Shown: positions 37,844 through 48,679 of the stretch, piece after piece
Position numbering within the stretch: position 1 is the stretch's first letter
Layout of the letters: each line of letters starts with the position of its first letter
Assembly: GCA_036785375.1 (NCBI GenBank)
Contig: JAWMAR010000533.1
Location: 682,001 to 746,000, forward strand
DNA: 64,000 nt
From: Leucoraja ocellata
Taxonomy: Eukaryota
Reading direction: 5' to 3'
Program-made: the position numbers and the translations under genes
The notes under the pieces: generated by a model
What the model was told of the DNA's origin: nothing
What the model saw: the letters and a program-made list of their open reading frames with translations, nothing else
The model's database searches: none

Positions 37844-37976
37844 TGTGTAGGAAGGAACTGCAGATGTTGTTTACACCAAAGATAGATACAGAATGCTGGA
37901 GTAACTCAGCAGGTCAGGCAGCACCTCTGGAGAGAAGGAATAGGTGACATTTCAAATCGAGACCTTTCATCAGACA
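37844..37976 (-). mobile_element. Penelope-derived repeat with canonical CUGAUGA core
   Basis: Minus strand reads GT CTGATGA AAGGTCTCGATTT GAAA TGTC ACC. Confidence 0.7.
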
Positions 37977-38852
37977 AAGGGTCTGGTATAAATAAAAAAA
38001 GTTGGAGATGAATTCAGGAACAGCAGAATCTGCACTACACATGGAGATCTTCTGTTCATGAACTCATTAATAATTGTAGACCATAGAAATACTAACAGAT
38101 ACATTACCTGAGGCAATTTTCCAGAGCATAATATTTGCAATGTTGTTATGGTATTATTTGATTGACATTAGTAGTCATTTTATATTCCAGAACAATGACA
38201 ATAAAATGTGTAATACACATGGGTTGTTGTAAAAATGCCTCTCATTGTTTGTGAAGCTGTTGAAAGCCCAAGAGGATGAAGGTCTGTAAAATAAATGAAA
38301 TGTTGCGCAGTGCAGATAGCCTGGTAATGAGTTTAATATTCTTTCACTTGATGGAAAGATGCTAATCTTACTGGAAGCCATTGCGTAACAGTACTGCCAC
38401 TTTGTATTCAGATCCAACAAACTTGCGATGTTATTCAAAATTAGGGAAGAATTAATTGATCTTGATCAATCTGACAGCATGTTATTTATGCCTAAAGTGG
38501 CACGCGGAGGAAATTCACTGGAACAACTCCGATTGTGAATTAAACGTCAGTGGCCAATGTTCTAATGCAAAACGCAGGGCTTGGTTTTTATGCTGAGCAC
38601 CACAGCACATCTATTCTACTCCGTAAGAACAAAAGCAGCTGCAGTTGAAAAAAAAATCATTATTTTAACTCTCAGTTTAGAAAGAATAATACTCTTTCCA
38701 ATACAAATAAATTTACACCAATTTAACTGTTTGATTTTATGTTCTGACCCTTGTTTGCAATCAGCAAGTTGAGTAATGTTGTAAAATCATGGTTTGCCAC
38801 TTACCCAATTATCATTGACAAGAGTGAGAAAATCCAAGGCAACGTTGACAAC

Positions 38853-39200
38853 CTAAATAGAGTGGATGTGGAAAGGATGCTTCCACTAGTGAGAGAATCT
38901 AGGACCAGAGGGCGTAGCCTCAGAATTAAAGGACGTTCCTTTAGGAAGGAGATGGGGAGGAATTTCTTCAGTCAGAGGATGGTGAATGTGTGGAATTCAT
39001 TGCTACAGAAGGCTGTTGAGGCCGTCAATGGATATTTTTAAGGCAGAGATAGATAGATTATTGATTAGTACGAGCGTCAGGGGTTATGGGGAGAAGGCAG
39101 GAGAAGGGGTTAGGGCGGTAGAGATAGATCAGCCATGAGTGAACAGTGGAGTCGACTTGATGGGCCAAATGGCCTAATTCTGCTCTTATCACTTATGAAC
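38853..39200 (+). mobile_element. CR1 3' end
   Basis: RVDVERMLPLVRESRTRGRSLRIKGRSFRKEMGRNFFSQRMVNVWNSL plus UTR. Confidence 0.9.
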
Positions 39201-39769
39201 GTGAACAAGCATGCGATGGTGAATGTAAGATTGGTAGAGCATAAGAAAGAAGGATCTTTGACCTGAAATGTTAACTCTATTTTGTTCTCCACCAATGTTG
39301 GGATGACTGTAATAGGTCTGTGGTCAGCCATGCCATTCCTTTCTCTTTCCTTTAGCAAATGACAGCACATGAGCACCCTTCTAATTTTCTGGCACTACAG
39401 AGGATTAGAAAATATTGGAGCTTGCTCTATTCATAATAATAATAATAATAATAATATATTTTATTGTCATTGCACATAAGTACAGCGAGATTTGGTATGC
39501 AGCTTCCATCCGGTGTCCTGATCTTGCTTGCTTATAAATCTGGAATACATTTTAAACCCAGCAGAATAATTAGTACTTTACGAAAAATGCCAGAAACCTT
39601 AACAAGTCTTCCTTGTCTCCGGTTTACAACCTCTCTAACTTCAATCATTCAGACCGTTCTGAATTCCCAACCTAGATGTCACCGTCTTTCTTCCCACCTT
39701 GAAGCCCCTCTATAAAACTATTTCATTTACCCTTTTAATCTCTCCTTTTTAAAAAAAAATAATTGTATA

Positions 39770-39972
39770 TGTTTCTATAAAATGCCCCCTCATCCTTCTA
39801 AACTCCCTTGAATACAAGCCTAGCCTTTTGCCACGCATCTGCCCACTCACTCAACGTGTCCAGGTCATCCTGCAACCTCCTAACATTCTCTTCACAGTTC
39901 ACACTGCCACCCAGCTTTGTGCCATCCATAAACTTGCTAGTGTTGCTTAATTCTCTCTTCCAAATCATTAAA
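39770..39972 (-). mobile_element. CR1 RT fragment (internally deleted)
   Basis: SKFMDGTKLGGSVNCEENVRRLQDDLDTLSEWADAWQ, a degenerate KFADDTKLGG motif. Confidence 0.85.
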
Positions 39973-40268
39973 TCCCTTTGTTTTCTGATGTTGCCTATGA
40001 TTACATTTCTTATTAATGTAAATATGTATCTGTTATAGAATAGAATAGAATAGAATAGTTTCTTTATTGTCATTGTAACATGAACCATGTACAACAAAAT
40101 TTAAAAATGTCAGCCAGTCAGTGCACCATTCAAACATTTCTAAAAGCTAACGATACATACAAGGTAAAATATTAAAAGATAAACAACTAAAATAAATATC
40201 ACAAAAATATCACGCATTAACACCCAACCCTCCATCCTTCTGTCGATTTCACAGTGTACCACAGTCCC

Positions 40269-41423
40269 TTAGTATGTCTCGCCCCTGCGTTCCTTGGCAG
40301 CTACATTTAGTGCTTTTATAGCAGTGGGGTAAAAACTGTTTTTTAGTCTGTTCGTCCTTGTCCTTGTAGATCTGTACCGTCTGCCTGACGGCAACAGTTC
40401 AAACAGGGAGTGTCCGGGGTGGGAAATGTCCTTTATGATACTCTGGGATTTTTTGGTGCAGCGGGAACTGTGTAAGTCCTCCAAGGTAAGGAGAGGGCAG
40501 CCGACAATCCTCTGGGCGTTGTCAATGGCCCTCTGGAGCGCTTTCCTCTGAGCCGCTGTGCAGCTGGTGTACCACACGCATACACAGTATGTTAGTATGC
40601 TCTCAATGGAGCACCGATAAAAGGGCAGCAGCAGTCTCTGAGTGATGTTGTTCTTCCTGAGCACCCTCAGGAAGTGCAGTCTCTGCTGAACCTTTTTCAG
40701 CAGCGCAGTGGTGTTCACGCCCCACGTCAGGTCCTCCTCAATATGGATTCCCAGGAAGCGAAAATCCGCCACCCTCTCTACACAGTCCCCTCTGATAGTC
40801 AATGGTACCATGTCCGTTTTATTCTTCCTCAAGTCTATTATTACTTCCTTTGTCTTTAAGGTGTTGAGGAGCAGGTTATTTTCTTCACACCACACCGTCA
40901 GCTGCTCCACCTCATCCCGGTAGGCGTACTCGTCCCCCCCGGAGATGAGTCCCACCACCGTAGTGTCATCCGCAAATTTGACAATGGTGTTGCTGTGGTG
41001 GGCGGGGGTGCAGTCATGTGTGTAGATGGTGTAGAGCAGGGGGCTCAGTACGCAGCCCTGTGGAGAGCCGGTACTGAGGCTGAGGGCCGTGGATGTATGA
41101 TGGCCCACTCTGACTCTCTGGTTGCGACCCGGCAGGAAGCTATTTATCCACGTACAGTCGGAGTGTGGAAGTCCCAAGTCCCCCAGTTTGTCCACCAGTT
41201 TGTGGGGAAGGATGGTATTAAAAGCAGAGCTGTAGTCCACAAAGAGCATCCGCACGTAGCTCCCCCGCTGCTCCAGGTGAGACAGTGCAGCATGGAGAGC
41301 TGTGGCTACAGCGTCCTCTGTAGATCTATTTGCTCTGTACGCAAACTGGTGGGGGTCAAAGCTTCGGGGCAGAAGTGATGTGATATGACCCCGGACCAGT
41401 TTTTCAAAACACTTCATCACCAC
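40269..41423 (-). CDS. Rex1-type reverse transcriptase, uninterrupted 384-aa C-terminal part of ORF2
   Basis: The open frame covers the RT core (FADD) to the typical end [22 protein letters not shown]. The upstream part (41505..42077) is separated from it by frameshifts. Confidence 0.85.
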   Translation of the reverse strand: MVMKCFEKLVRGHITSLLPRSFDPHQFAYRANRSTEDAVATALHAALSHLEQRGSYVRMLFVDYSSAFNTILPHKLVDKLGDLGLPHSDCTWINSFLPGRNQRVRVGHHTSTALSLSTGSPQGCVLSPLLYTIYTHDCTPAHHSNTIVKFADDTTVVGLISGGDEYAYRDEVEQLTVWCEENNLLLNTLKTKEVIIDLRKNKTDMVPLTIRGDCVERVADFRFLGIHIEEDLTWGVNTTALLKKVQQRLHFLRVLRKNNITQRLLLPFYRCSIESILTYCVCVWYTSCTAAQRKALQRAIDNAQRIVGCPLLTLEDLHSSRCTKKSQSIIKDISHPGHSLFELLPSGRRYRSTRTRTNRLKNSFYPTAIKALNVAAKERRGETY

Positions 41424-42077
41424 TGGTGTGAGTGCGACTGGCTGGTAGTCGTTGAGGCTGGAGATGTTGGTTTTTTTTGGGCAAGGGGACTATGGTGGAG
41501 GACTTCAGACAGGGTGGAACAGTGGACTGTGCCAGCGACTGGTTAAAACTCCAGCCAGCTGGTCTGCGCAGTCCTTCAACACGCGTCCAGAGACGCCGTC
41601 AGGTCCAGTAGCCTTCCTTGGATTGATGGCCCGCAGCGTGCGCCTCACCTCATGCTCCTCTATCTTGAGGGTTAGGCTGCTGTGGACCAAGTGCTGTGAT
41701 GTGGCTGTCTTGGGTGGCTCCACTTCAAAGCGAGCAAAGAAGTGGTTCAGCTCCTCTGCCAGCGAGGCGTCACCTTCAACAGCTCCAAGGTTGGTCTTAT
41801 AGTTGGTGAGATACTGGATCCCCTGCCACACCTGCCTGCTGTTATTACTGTCCAGGTGGTCCTCTATCTTCCTCCTGTAGTTTGATTTGGCCTCTCTGAT
41901 GCCTCTCTTCAGGTTAGCTCGGGCCGTGCTGTATAAAGCCCTATCGCCAGACCTAAAAGCGGTGTTCCTCTCTTTCAACAGCTGCTGGACATCCGGGTCA
42001 TCCAGGGTTGGGGTAGACCCGGATGCGTTTGTCCACTGTGACCGTGTCCATGCAGTTTTTAATGTAACACAGTACAC
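41424..42077 (-). pseudogene. Upstream frameshifted part of the same Rex1 ORF2
   Basis: RNTAFRSGD..YSTARANLKRGIREAK..., NPRKATGPDGVSGRVLKDCADQLAGV. A small deletion near 41545 and an A-run frameshift near 41475 break the frame. Confidence 0.85.
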
Positions 42078-42302
42078 TGTCTGTGAACACCTCCAGGTGA
42101 TATGATGAGCTACAAAGTAATATCAATGTTAGTAGCATAAGTTGGTGGGGGGGGGGGGGGGGGACAAGTAGGGAAGGTGGTGGCTAGGTAAAGAGGACAC
42201 CGAAGATCTTGGAGAAAACCCACACTGTTATGGAGAGAACGTACATCCTCCATATAGACAGTACCCTTAGTCAGGATCAAACCCGGATCTCTGGCACTGT
42301 AA

Positions 42303-42540
42303 AAGAATTGTCCCACTTGGGTGACATTTTAGGCGACAGCCTGAAAAGAGGTTGTCGCGTCGTGGTCGGGTCGTGACGCGGCATGGCGTGCGTGTGATGC
42401 GTGGTAATGCATGCGGTGTCTCCCTGACACCCCAGGATTTTGGAATGTTCAAAATCCAGGGACGACATCTGGGTGTCTCATCATATCGTGTGCCCTCTAA
42501 CACGATGACGTATGCTGACCTGTGGGTGATGCCCGGTTAG
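42303..42540. mobile_element. Partial Harbinger-type MITE related to 44308-44552
   Basis: TGTCCCACTTGGG..., with CCCCAGGATTTTGG(A/G)AT.T.CAAAA shared with 44474-44499. Right TIR not seen. Confidence 0.7.
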
Positions 42541-42755
42541 GGTTAGGGACCACAGAAGGGCTGTAAAATAATCTTCCTTCAATGCATGTATCTCAAACAT
42601 TAATATATTAAAATTAATACAGTAAAATCCATTGTGCAAATGAAAAGATGTCTGAGTCGTTCAGTTTTATTTACAGATGTATTGGTCCGCTTCCAGATCC
42701 AATCACCATCTCTAACCTTTCACTGGAATGGATTCAGTGAGTGTAGACTGAACAC

Positions 42756-42998
42756 CCCTCTCCCCTCCAACCCCCTCTTCCCCCCTCCTGCCCCCATCCC
42801 TCCTTCTCCACTACCCCTACCCTTCTCCCTTCCCCTCTCCCCCCCTTCTTCCCTTCCCCCCTCTTCCTCCCTTCTCCCCGCTCCACTCTTCTCCCCCTTC
42901 ACCACTCCCCGCCCCTCCCCTCATATCCCCTTCTCCCCCTCTCCCTCCCTTCTCCCATACTCCAAACCCCCTCTTCCCACTTTCTCCAATGCCCCCCA
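42756..42998. repeat. Polypyrimidine (C/T-rich) low-complexity tract
   Basis: About 240 bp of CCCT/CCCCT-type runs. Confidence 0.9.
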
Positions 42999-44307
42999 TT
43001 TGTGGGCCCAGCCTGTGACAGCTAGATCCCACTAAGAGTAGAGCAAAAAGGCCACATCATCTGTTTTAGTAACATTGACTATGGGATAAATACAGAGTTT
43101 GGGAACATCACCCCCCCCCCCCCCCCCCCCCCCACTTCCCCCGCCTCCTCGCCTTGCTTCAAAATTACTCTAGCATTGTGTGCCTAGCCACACTTGCAGA
43201 GATGCATACAGTATGTGATAAGCAAGTCATGCATACAAAGTATGCAGAAGCAGCTGGATGCATTCAGGAACTAGCACCAAGCACCCAGTTAGTTTTAACA
43301 ATAAGATGTATACAACCATATTATGCAGCGCACATAAGTGGCAGACTACATCATTGAATTTGCACTAAATAGTCTCGTTAAATTGCCCTTGTGGATATCG
43401 TTCAGAATTCTCAGATTGTGCTACCATTTTGGCCACCATTTATTCAGGGTCTCTGGAGCAAAGACCTTCACTGGGAAGTTCACAGCAAAAGGATTACTTG
43501 TGACTAAGCCGTTCTTAATACGTGACGTGGAGTCAATTTAATACTGTGGAAACCCTACTTGTCATTTGACCGCAAGCCAAATAGATTGGTTAGCAAATGG
43601 AAAAATATAATTGAGGCAGACATCAAAATACGACATTAGAAAATTTACACTCAATATTTCTCAGAATATGGTTCAGAATGTTATTCTGGAGAAAATAATA
43701 ATCTCCATTTCCATCTGTCACTGTTTTACATAAATATTCATAAATGTGCATTGATTTTTATGTTTGTTGCTTATATTTGATAATGCAATTTTGTTCGTTT
43801 GCAATTGGAATGCAGTGTTGAAAATGTACTTAGAGAGCTCTACATGATATTGATCTTGCCTGGAATGGCAAGAGCAAATGATAATTAGCTCTGCTAAGAT
43901 TATATTTTGTGCTGAGCCCGATGTATGAATTACCTTTAATCTCATCCCGAATCCCTCAGTGTTTTGGAGGTTGTACGGCAAATCTGTATGCATTGTGCAG
44001 TTTAAACTGAAAAGAGGAAAATGCATAATTAGAAATAGAAAATGGGACTGTCACATCAGACCAAACTGCATGTGTGTCTGCAAACACCTGATTAGAAGCA
44101 AACTTTTATGGAGTGAATACATTATAGAGGATGTTATAGCCAAAGAAACAATGTTGAATTGAATCCCATTTATAAGTTTGGAATGCCGGATATTTAGTTT
44201 TAATTTTGTTTTGTTTCATTTAGAGATACAGCGTGGAAACGTCCCTCGGCCCACTGAGTCCACGCTGACAGGCGATCCCCGTACGCTAGCACTTTTCTAC
44301 ACACTAA

Positions 44308-44552
44308 AGGGCCTGTCCCAATTGAGCGTTATTTGCGTGTCATTTACGCGACATAATTTACGCGTCACGACGCACGACACGCGGGTCGTGGCGCGTGCAT
44401 GGCGTGCATTACGCGAGCATGGTGCGTGGTGAGACGTGGTGGATTAGGTAGTGACAAGCGGTAGCGCACGGCGCCCCAGGATTTTGGGATTCTCAAAACA
44501 CCCGCGCACCACCTGCGTGACATGCAAATGACGCCCAAGTGGGACAGGCCCT
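44308..44552. mobile_element. Harbinger-type MITE, CpG-rich
   Basis: AGGGCCTGTCCCAATTG...CAAGTGGGACAGGCCCT, with TAA on the left. It truncates a V-SINE fragment. Confidence 0.88.
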
Positions 44553-45227
44553 TGGTGGTCAGAGAAAGGAGATTGTGTCTAATTCATGCTCAATGGAGGT
44601 AAGTAATCAGCATTACAAGATTGTTCCGTTTTCATATACTGTTTATATACATATACTAATTTTTAATGATCATATACTGCAATCCAAACAAACTACTACT
44701 TTCTCTGATTCGTAATAATCTTAGCTTGATTTAACATTTTGCTTTGGATCGGTACATTGCATGAAGGAAGGACTTTGAGCCTCAGAATGTTTCGAGTGGA
44801 TAAGTAGAAGTACATGCAATAAAATATTAAATCCTGGTAGAGATGTATAAATTACTGTAGATGCTAAATTGTACACTAAATCCCCTGTACCTATAGGGAG
44901 GTAGATCAAGTGAGGAGTCCATGCTGATAATAGCGCCTGTCTCATTATAAAAGGAGTAGTGAGTGTTTAGGAATGATTTAAAAGAATGGTAACATAACTA
45001 GCTGGTTGTAACTGAGAATGCTGAGCAGGCTGGGGTATCTTTCTTGTGATCAGCTAATGAATGTCTTCATTGGAATATCCAGTAAAGAAACAGGGGAAAT
45101 GAAAAAGCGTTTGGAATATGGAATTTACTACTACATGGACTGGATGGGGAGGCATACATTTAATACATTTAAAGGGAAAGGGAAATAAATGATAAGGGAA
45201 AAATGAAGGTGAAAGATATTGAGTGCA

Positions 45228-45365
45228 GAAACAAGGAACTGAAGATGCTGATTACACAAAAGAACACAAAGTACTGGAATAACTCAGCAAGTCAGGCAGC
45301 ATCCCTGGGGTTCCATGTTCTCCAGAGATGCTGCCTGCCTTGCTGAGTTACTTCAGTACTTTGTG
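45228..45365. repeat. Head-to-head inverted pair of Penelope terminal repeats (hairpin)
   Basis: CACAAAGTACTGGAATAACTCAGCAAG.CAGGCAGCATC (45265-45303) pairs with GATGCTGCCTG.CTTGCTGAGTTACTTCAGTACTTTGTG (45327-45365). Confidence 0.8.
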
Positions 45366-45574
45366 GCATTTAAACTGAAGGATAGGAACTGCATAAAGTA
45401 GGAGGAAGATATGTTTACAACAAGTACCAGCACGAACAAGTTAGTCAAATACACAACTTCAGTGCTGTGAGTTTGGAGGCAAATTTCATTGCAGGTTTCA
45501 AAGCAAGACAATTTAATTGACTTTAGTTCGAGCTTTGCACACGGCTTTGTGACCATGCTTGGCAACAAGAAGGT

Positions 45575-46218
45575 TTAGTTTAAGCTCAGTATAGTTATAC
45601 AGCACGGAAACAGGCCCTTTGCCCACCAAGTCCGCACCGACCTGCACATTAACACTATCCTACACACACTAGGGATTTTTTTTTACATTTATACTAAGCC
45701 AATTAAACTACAACCTGAATGTCTTTGGAGTGTGGGAGGAAACCGAAGATCTCGGAGAAAACCCAAGTGATCACGGGGAGGACGCAAAAAGACGCACCCG
45801 TAATGGATGGGATTTATATAGTACCTTTATAGATACTCAAGGCGCTTTACATCGCATTATTCATTCACTCCTCAGTCACACTCGGTGGTGGTGAGCTGCT
45901 TCTGTAGCCACAGCTGCCCTGGGGCAGACTGACGGAAGCGTGGCTGCTAATCTGCGCCTACGGCCCCTCTGACCACCACCAATCACTCACACACATTCAC
46001 ACGCAGGCAAAGGTGGGTGAAGTGTCTTGCCCAAGGACACAACGACAGTATGCACTCCAAACGGGATTCGAACCGACTACCTTCCGGTCGCCAGCCGAAC
46101 ACTTAGCCCATTGTGCCATCTGTCGTCCACGCACCCGTAGTCAGGATCGAACCTGGGTCTCCGTTGCTGCAAGCGCTATAAAGCGCTATAAAGTAGCAAC
46201 TCTACCACTGTGACACCT
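45575..46218 (-). mobile_element. V-SINE hosting the CORE-SINE insertion
   Basis: Tail 45575-45802 and head 46129-46218. Confidence 0.85.
45803..46128 (-). mobile_element. tRNA-derived CORE-SINE (AFC-like) with L2-type tail, nested in a V-SINE
   Basis: Perfect 11-bp TSD ACGCACCCGTA (45792-45802, 46129-46139). Minus strand shows A box TGGCACAATGG, B box GGTTCGAATCC, CORE GTGTCCTTGGGCAAGACACTTCACCC and tail TGTAAAGCGCCTTGAG...CTATATAAAT. Confidence 0.92.
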
Positions 46219-46889
46219 TGTGGTGCTAGTGGCGCTAGGTGGTACTATTTCCAATGTAACTCTTGCAGGCACAGGCTTGCTCATCTTCTGACACCTGACA
46301 TCTCAGTGTCTGCTGTAGCTTAAGCAGCCACAAGCCAAAAATCTGTAGGGTGTTGTGGAAGTTTAGACTTCTAGCCAGCAAATCCTGCTTTGTGGCTCTA
46401 AATCCCAGTGTTCAAGGGCTTCATACAAATCATTTCATTCCAATAGTTTGGCATCAAATAGGTTGCAAGAAATGTCTGAGATTCTGTCCTAAGGGAACAG
46501 CAATGGGAATTTATGTTTGGCCTCACTGTGACTCACTAATGGAGGAGGCCCAGGACAGAAAGGTCAGTATGGGAATGGGAAGGGGAGTTAAAATATTTGT
46601 CATTCGGGAGATTGTATCGGACAAGGTGAACTGAGCATAAGTATAATGTGAACCATATCTCTTGTTGACATCATTTGCAGTACCTATCTAAATTGTATTA
46701 TTGCTCATCTGTCTCATATGGTTCAATAAACAGCATTTATTTTATTGAATCATGCTGATTATTTGATCTATGGCTGGGAATGAAACGAGCCAGAATCTGA
46801 TTTGAATGGATCAAAAGCAAATATTTCCACCATCAAGAATTATTAAAACTGTTTGACATATTGGGTTCAACATTCACTTTATAACAACA

Positions 46890-47190
46890 TGTAGAAAACA
46901 AAGAAACAAAGAAAATATGTGCAGGGGTAGGCCATTCAGCCCTTCCAGGCAGCACTGCCATTCAATATGATCATGGCTGATCATGCAAAATCAGTACCCC
47001 GTTCCTGCTTTTTCCTTGTATCCCTTGATTCCGCTAGCCCCAGGAACTAAATCTAACTCTCTCTTCAAGACATTTGGACAGTTACATGGAAAGGAAATGT
47101 TTAGAGGGATTAATGCAGGCAGGTGGGGTGAGCAAAGATGTGACATCTTGACTGGCTAATGGTAGGTTAGGCTGAAGGGCCTGTTCCAGG
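46890..47190. mobile_element. Two CR1 3' ends in opposite orientations
   Basis: Minus copy at about 46890-47072 (AGGCCATTCAGCCCTT..TCAATATGATCATGGCTGATC) abuts a plus copy at about 47073-47200. Confidence 0.75.
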
Positions 47191-47543
47191 TATTATGACT
47201 ATCTGTGTTCATCATCTCCCTTGGAAGTTGGAGACAAAACATTACTAATTCATTGCATCCAGGGACCAAAATACCAAAATCACTTGATAATCTTCATCCA
47301 AATAAACCTCATTTAAATATACTTCAGGAGAAAGTAGATTTTGAAACTTTCGGAAAATACCTTACATATTTCTTGCCATCCTATATGAGTGTGTCTGTAA
47401 TATGTAACTGATAATCCTACAAGGGTTCTTCTGAAATCTCATAAAATACTGTGCATAAACCATCAGCATATTAGTGGACGGCATCGTTTCTGGAAAAGCC
47501 TTATTTCCGCATGACACAAATGCAAAAGAATATCAGTCAGATC

Positions 47544-47577
47544 GGTCTGAGGAAGGGTCTCGACCCGAAAAGTCACC
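47544..47577 (+). ncRNA. Minimal type-I hammerhead ribozyme-like motif (degenerate core)
   Basis: GGT CTGAGGA A GGGTCTCGACCC GAAA A GTC ACC. Stem I is GGT/ACC, stem II is GGGTC/GACCC, and GUC is the putative cleavage triplet. Confidence 0.65.
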
Positions 47578-47744
47578 CATTCCTCCAGAGATGCTGCCTG
47601 TCCTGATGAGTTACTACAGCATTTTGTATCTATCTGCATAAAAATATGTTAGGTTGCTGACTTTCTTTAATTTAATTTTTTTATGTTGGATTATAAATAT
47701 TGATGTATAGTTCCCACAAATCATTGTACAAGATCAGGGACACC

Positions 47745-48660
47745 ACTGACAATGCCACCGCGGTTGGATGAATTATAGTTGACGATGAGTCAGATTTAAT
47801 GAGGGGGATCGATCGACTGACCAAATGGTGCCAGAACAACAACCTAGCTCTCAACGTCAGTAAAACCAAGGAAATGATGGTTGACTTTGGAAGAGGAAGG
47901 TCGAGGATCTACAAACCTGTATTCATCAATGGGACTGTGGTGGAGAGTGGAAAAACTTCAAATTCCTGGGCATGCATAGCTCTCAAGATCTGTCCTGAAC
48001 CCAGCACATTGATGCAATCAAACAGAAAGTCCATCAATGCTCGGCTTCCTAACTAGATTGAGGAGATCCGGTATTACAAATACGGAATTACGAATACGGT
48101 ATTATGAATAGAGTCTGAAGAAGGGTCTCAACCCGAAACGCTACCCATTCCTTATATCCGGAGGTGCTGCCTGTCCCTCTGAGTTACTCCAGCATTTTGT
48201 GTCTATCTTCAGTTTAAACCAGCAACTGTATTTCCTACCTACACATTACAAATACTCTCTTGAACTTCTACGGGTGCACAGTACAGAACATATTGACAGG
48301 TTCCATCACAGCCTGGTTCGGCTACTCGAATGACCAAGGATGAAGAAGATTGCAAAAAGTGGTGGACACTGCGCAGTTCATTGTGGGTACTGACCTCCCC
48401 GCCATCGCAAACATCTACACGAGTCCCTGCCTCACGAAATGTAGTCAGCATCATCAGAGACCCACACCACCCTGGCCACACTCTCTGTTACCTCCTGCCA
48501 ACACGAAGAAGGCATAAGAGCCTGAAAACTGTAACGTCCAGGTTCAAGAGCAGCTTCTTCCCTACAACCAGAGGGCTATTAAACAATACAACGTCTAAAT
48601 TTGCTCCATAGACCTGGGAGTATTGTTTTTTGTATTTGTACTATTATTTTTGTGTTTTGT
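47745..48660 (+). mobile_element. Degenerate Rex1-type LINE fragment interrupted by a Penelope-derived insert
   Basis: LTKWCQNNNLALNVSKTKEMMVDF (47799..48056) and IIRDPHHPGHTL..LLPTRRR..SRFKSSFFP (48330..48611). Confidence 0.85.
48112..48244 (+). mobile_element. Penelope-derived repeat with hammerhead-like motif, inserted in Rex1
   Basis: AGT CTGAAGA A GGGTCTCAACCC GAAA CGCT ACC...TTCCTACCTACACA, flanked by the direct repeat ATTACAAATAC (48073-48083, 48245-48255). Confidence 0.78.
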
Positions 48661-48679
48661 TTTACACAGACACACACAC

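Larger units (their letters stand above)
40036..42090 (-). mobile_element. Rex1/Babar-clade LINE, 5'-truncated, relatively young
   Basis: RT motifs [38 protein letters not shown] and KFADD. The 3' UTR ends in ...TGACAATAAA plus a (CTATT)n tail, read as (GAATA)n at 40036-40058 on the plus strand. Confidence 0.93.

Noticed and set aside
42634-43035. Proline-rich 133-aa protein
   Set aside because: It is the translation of a C/T low-complexity tract.
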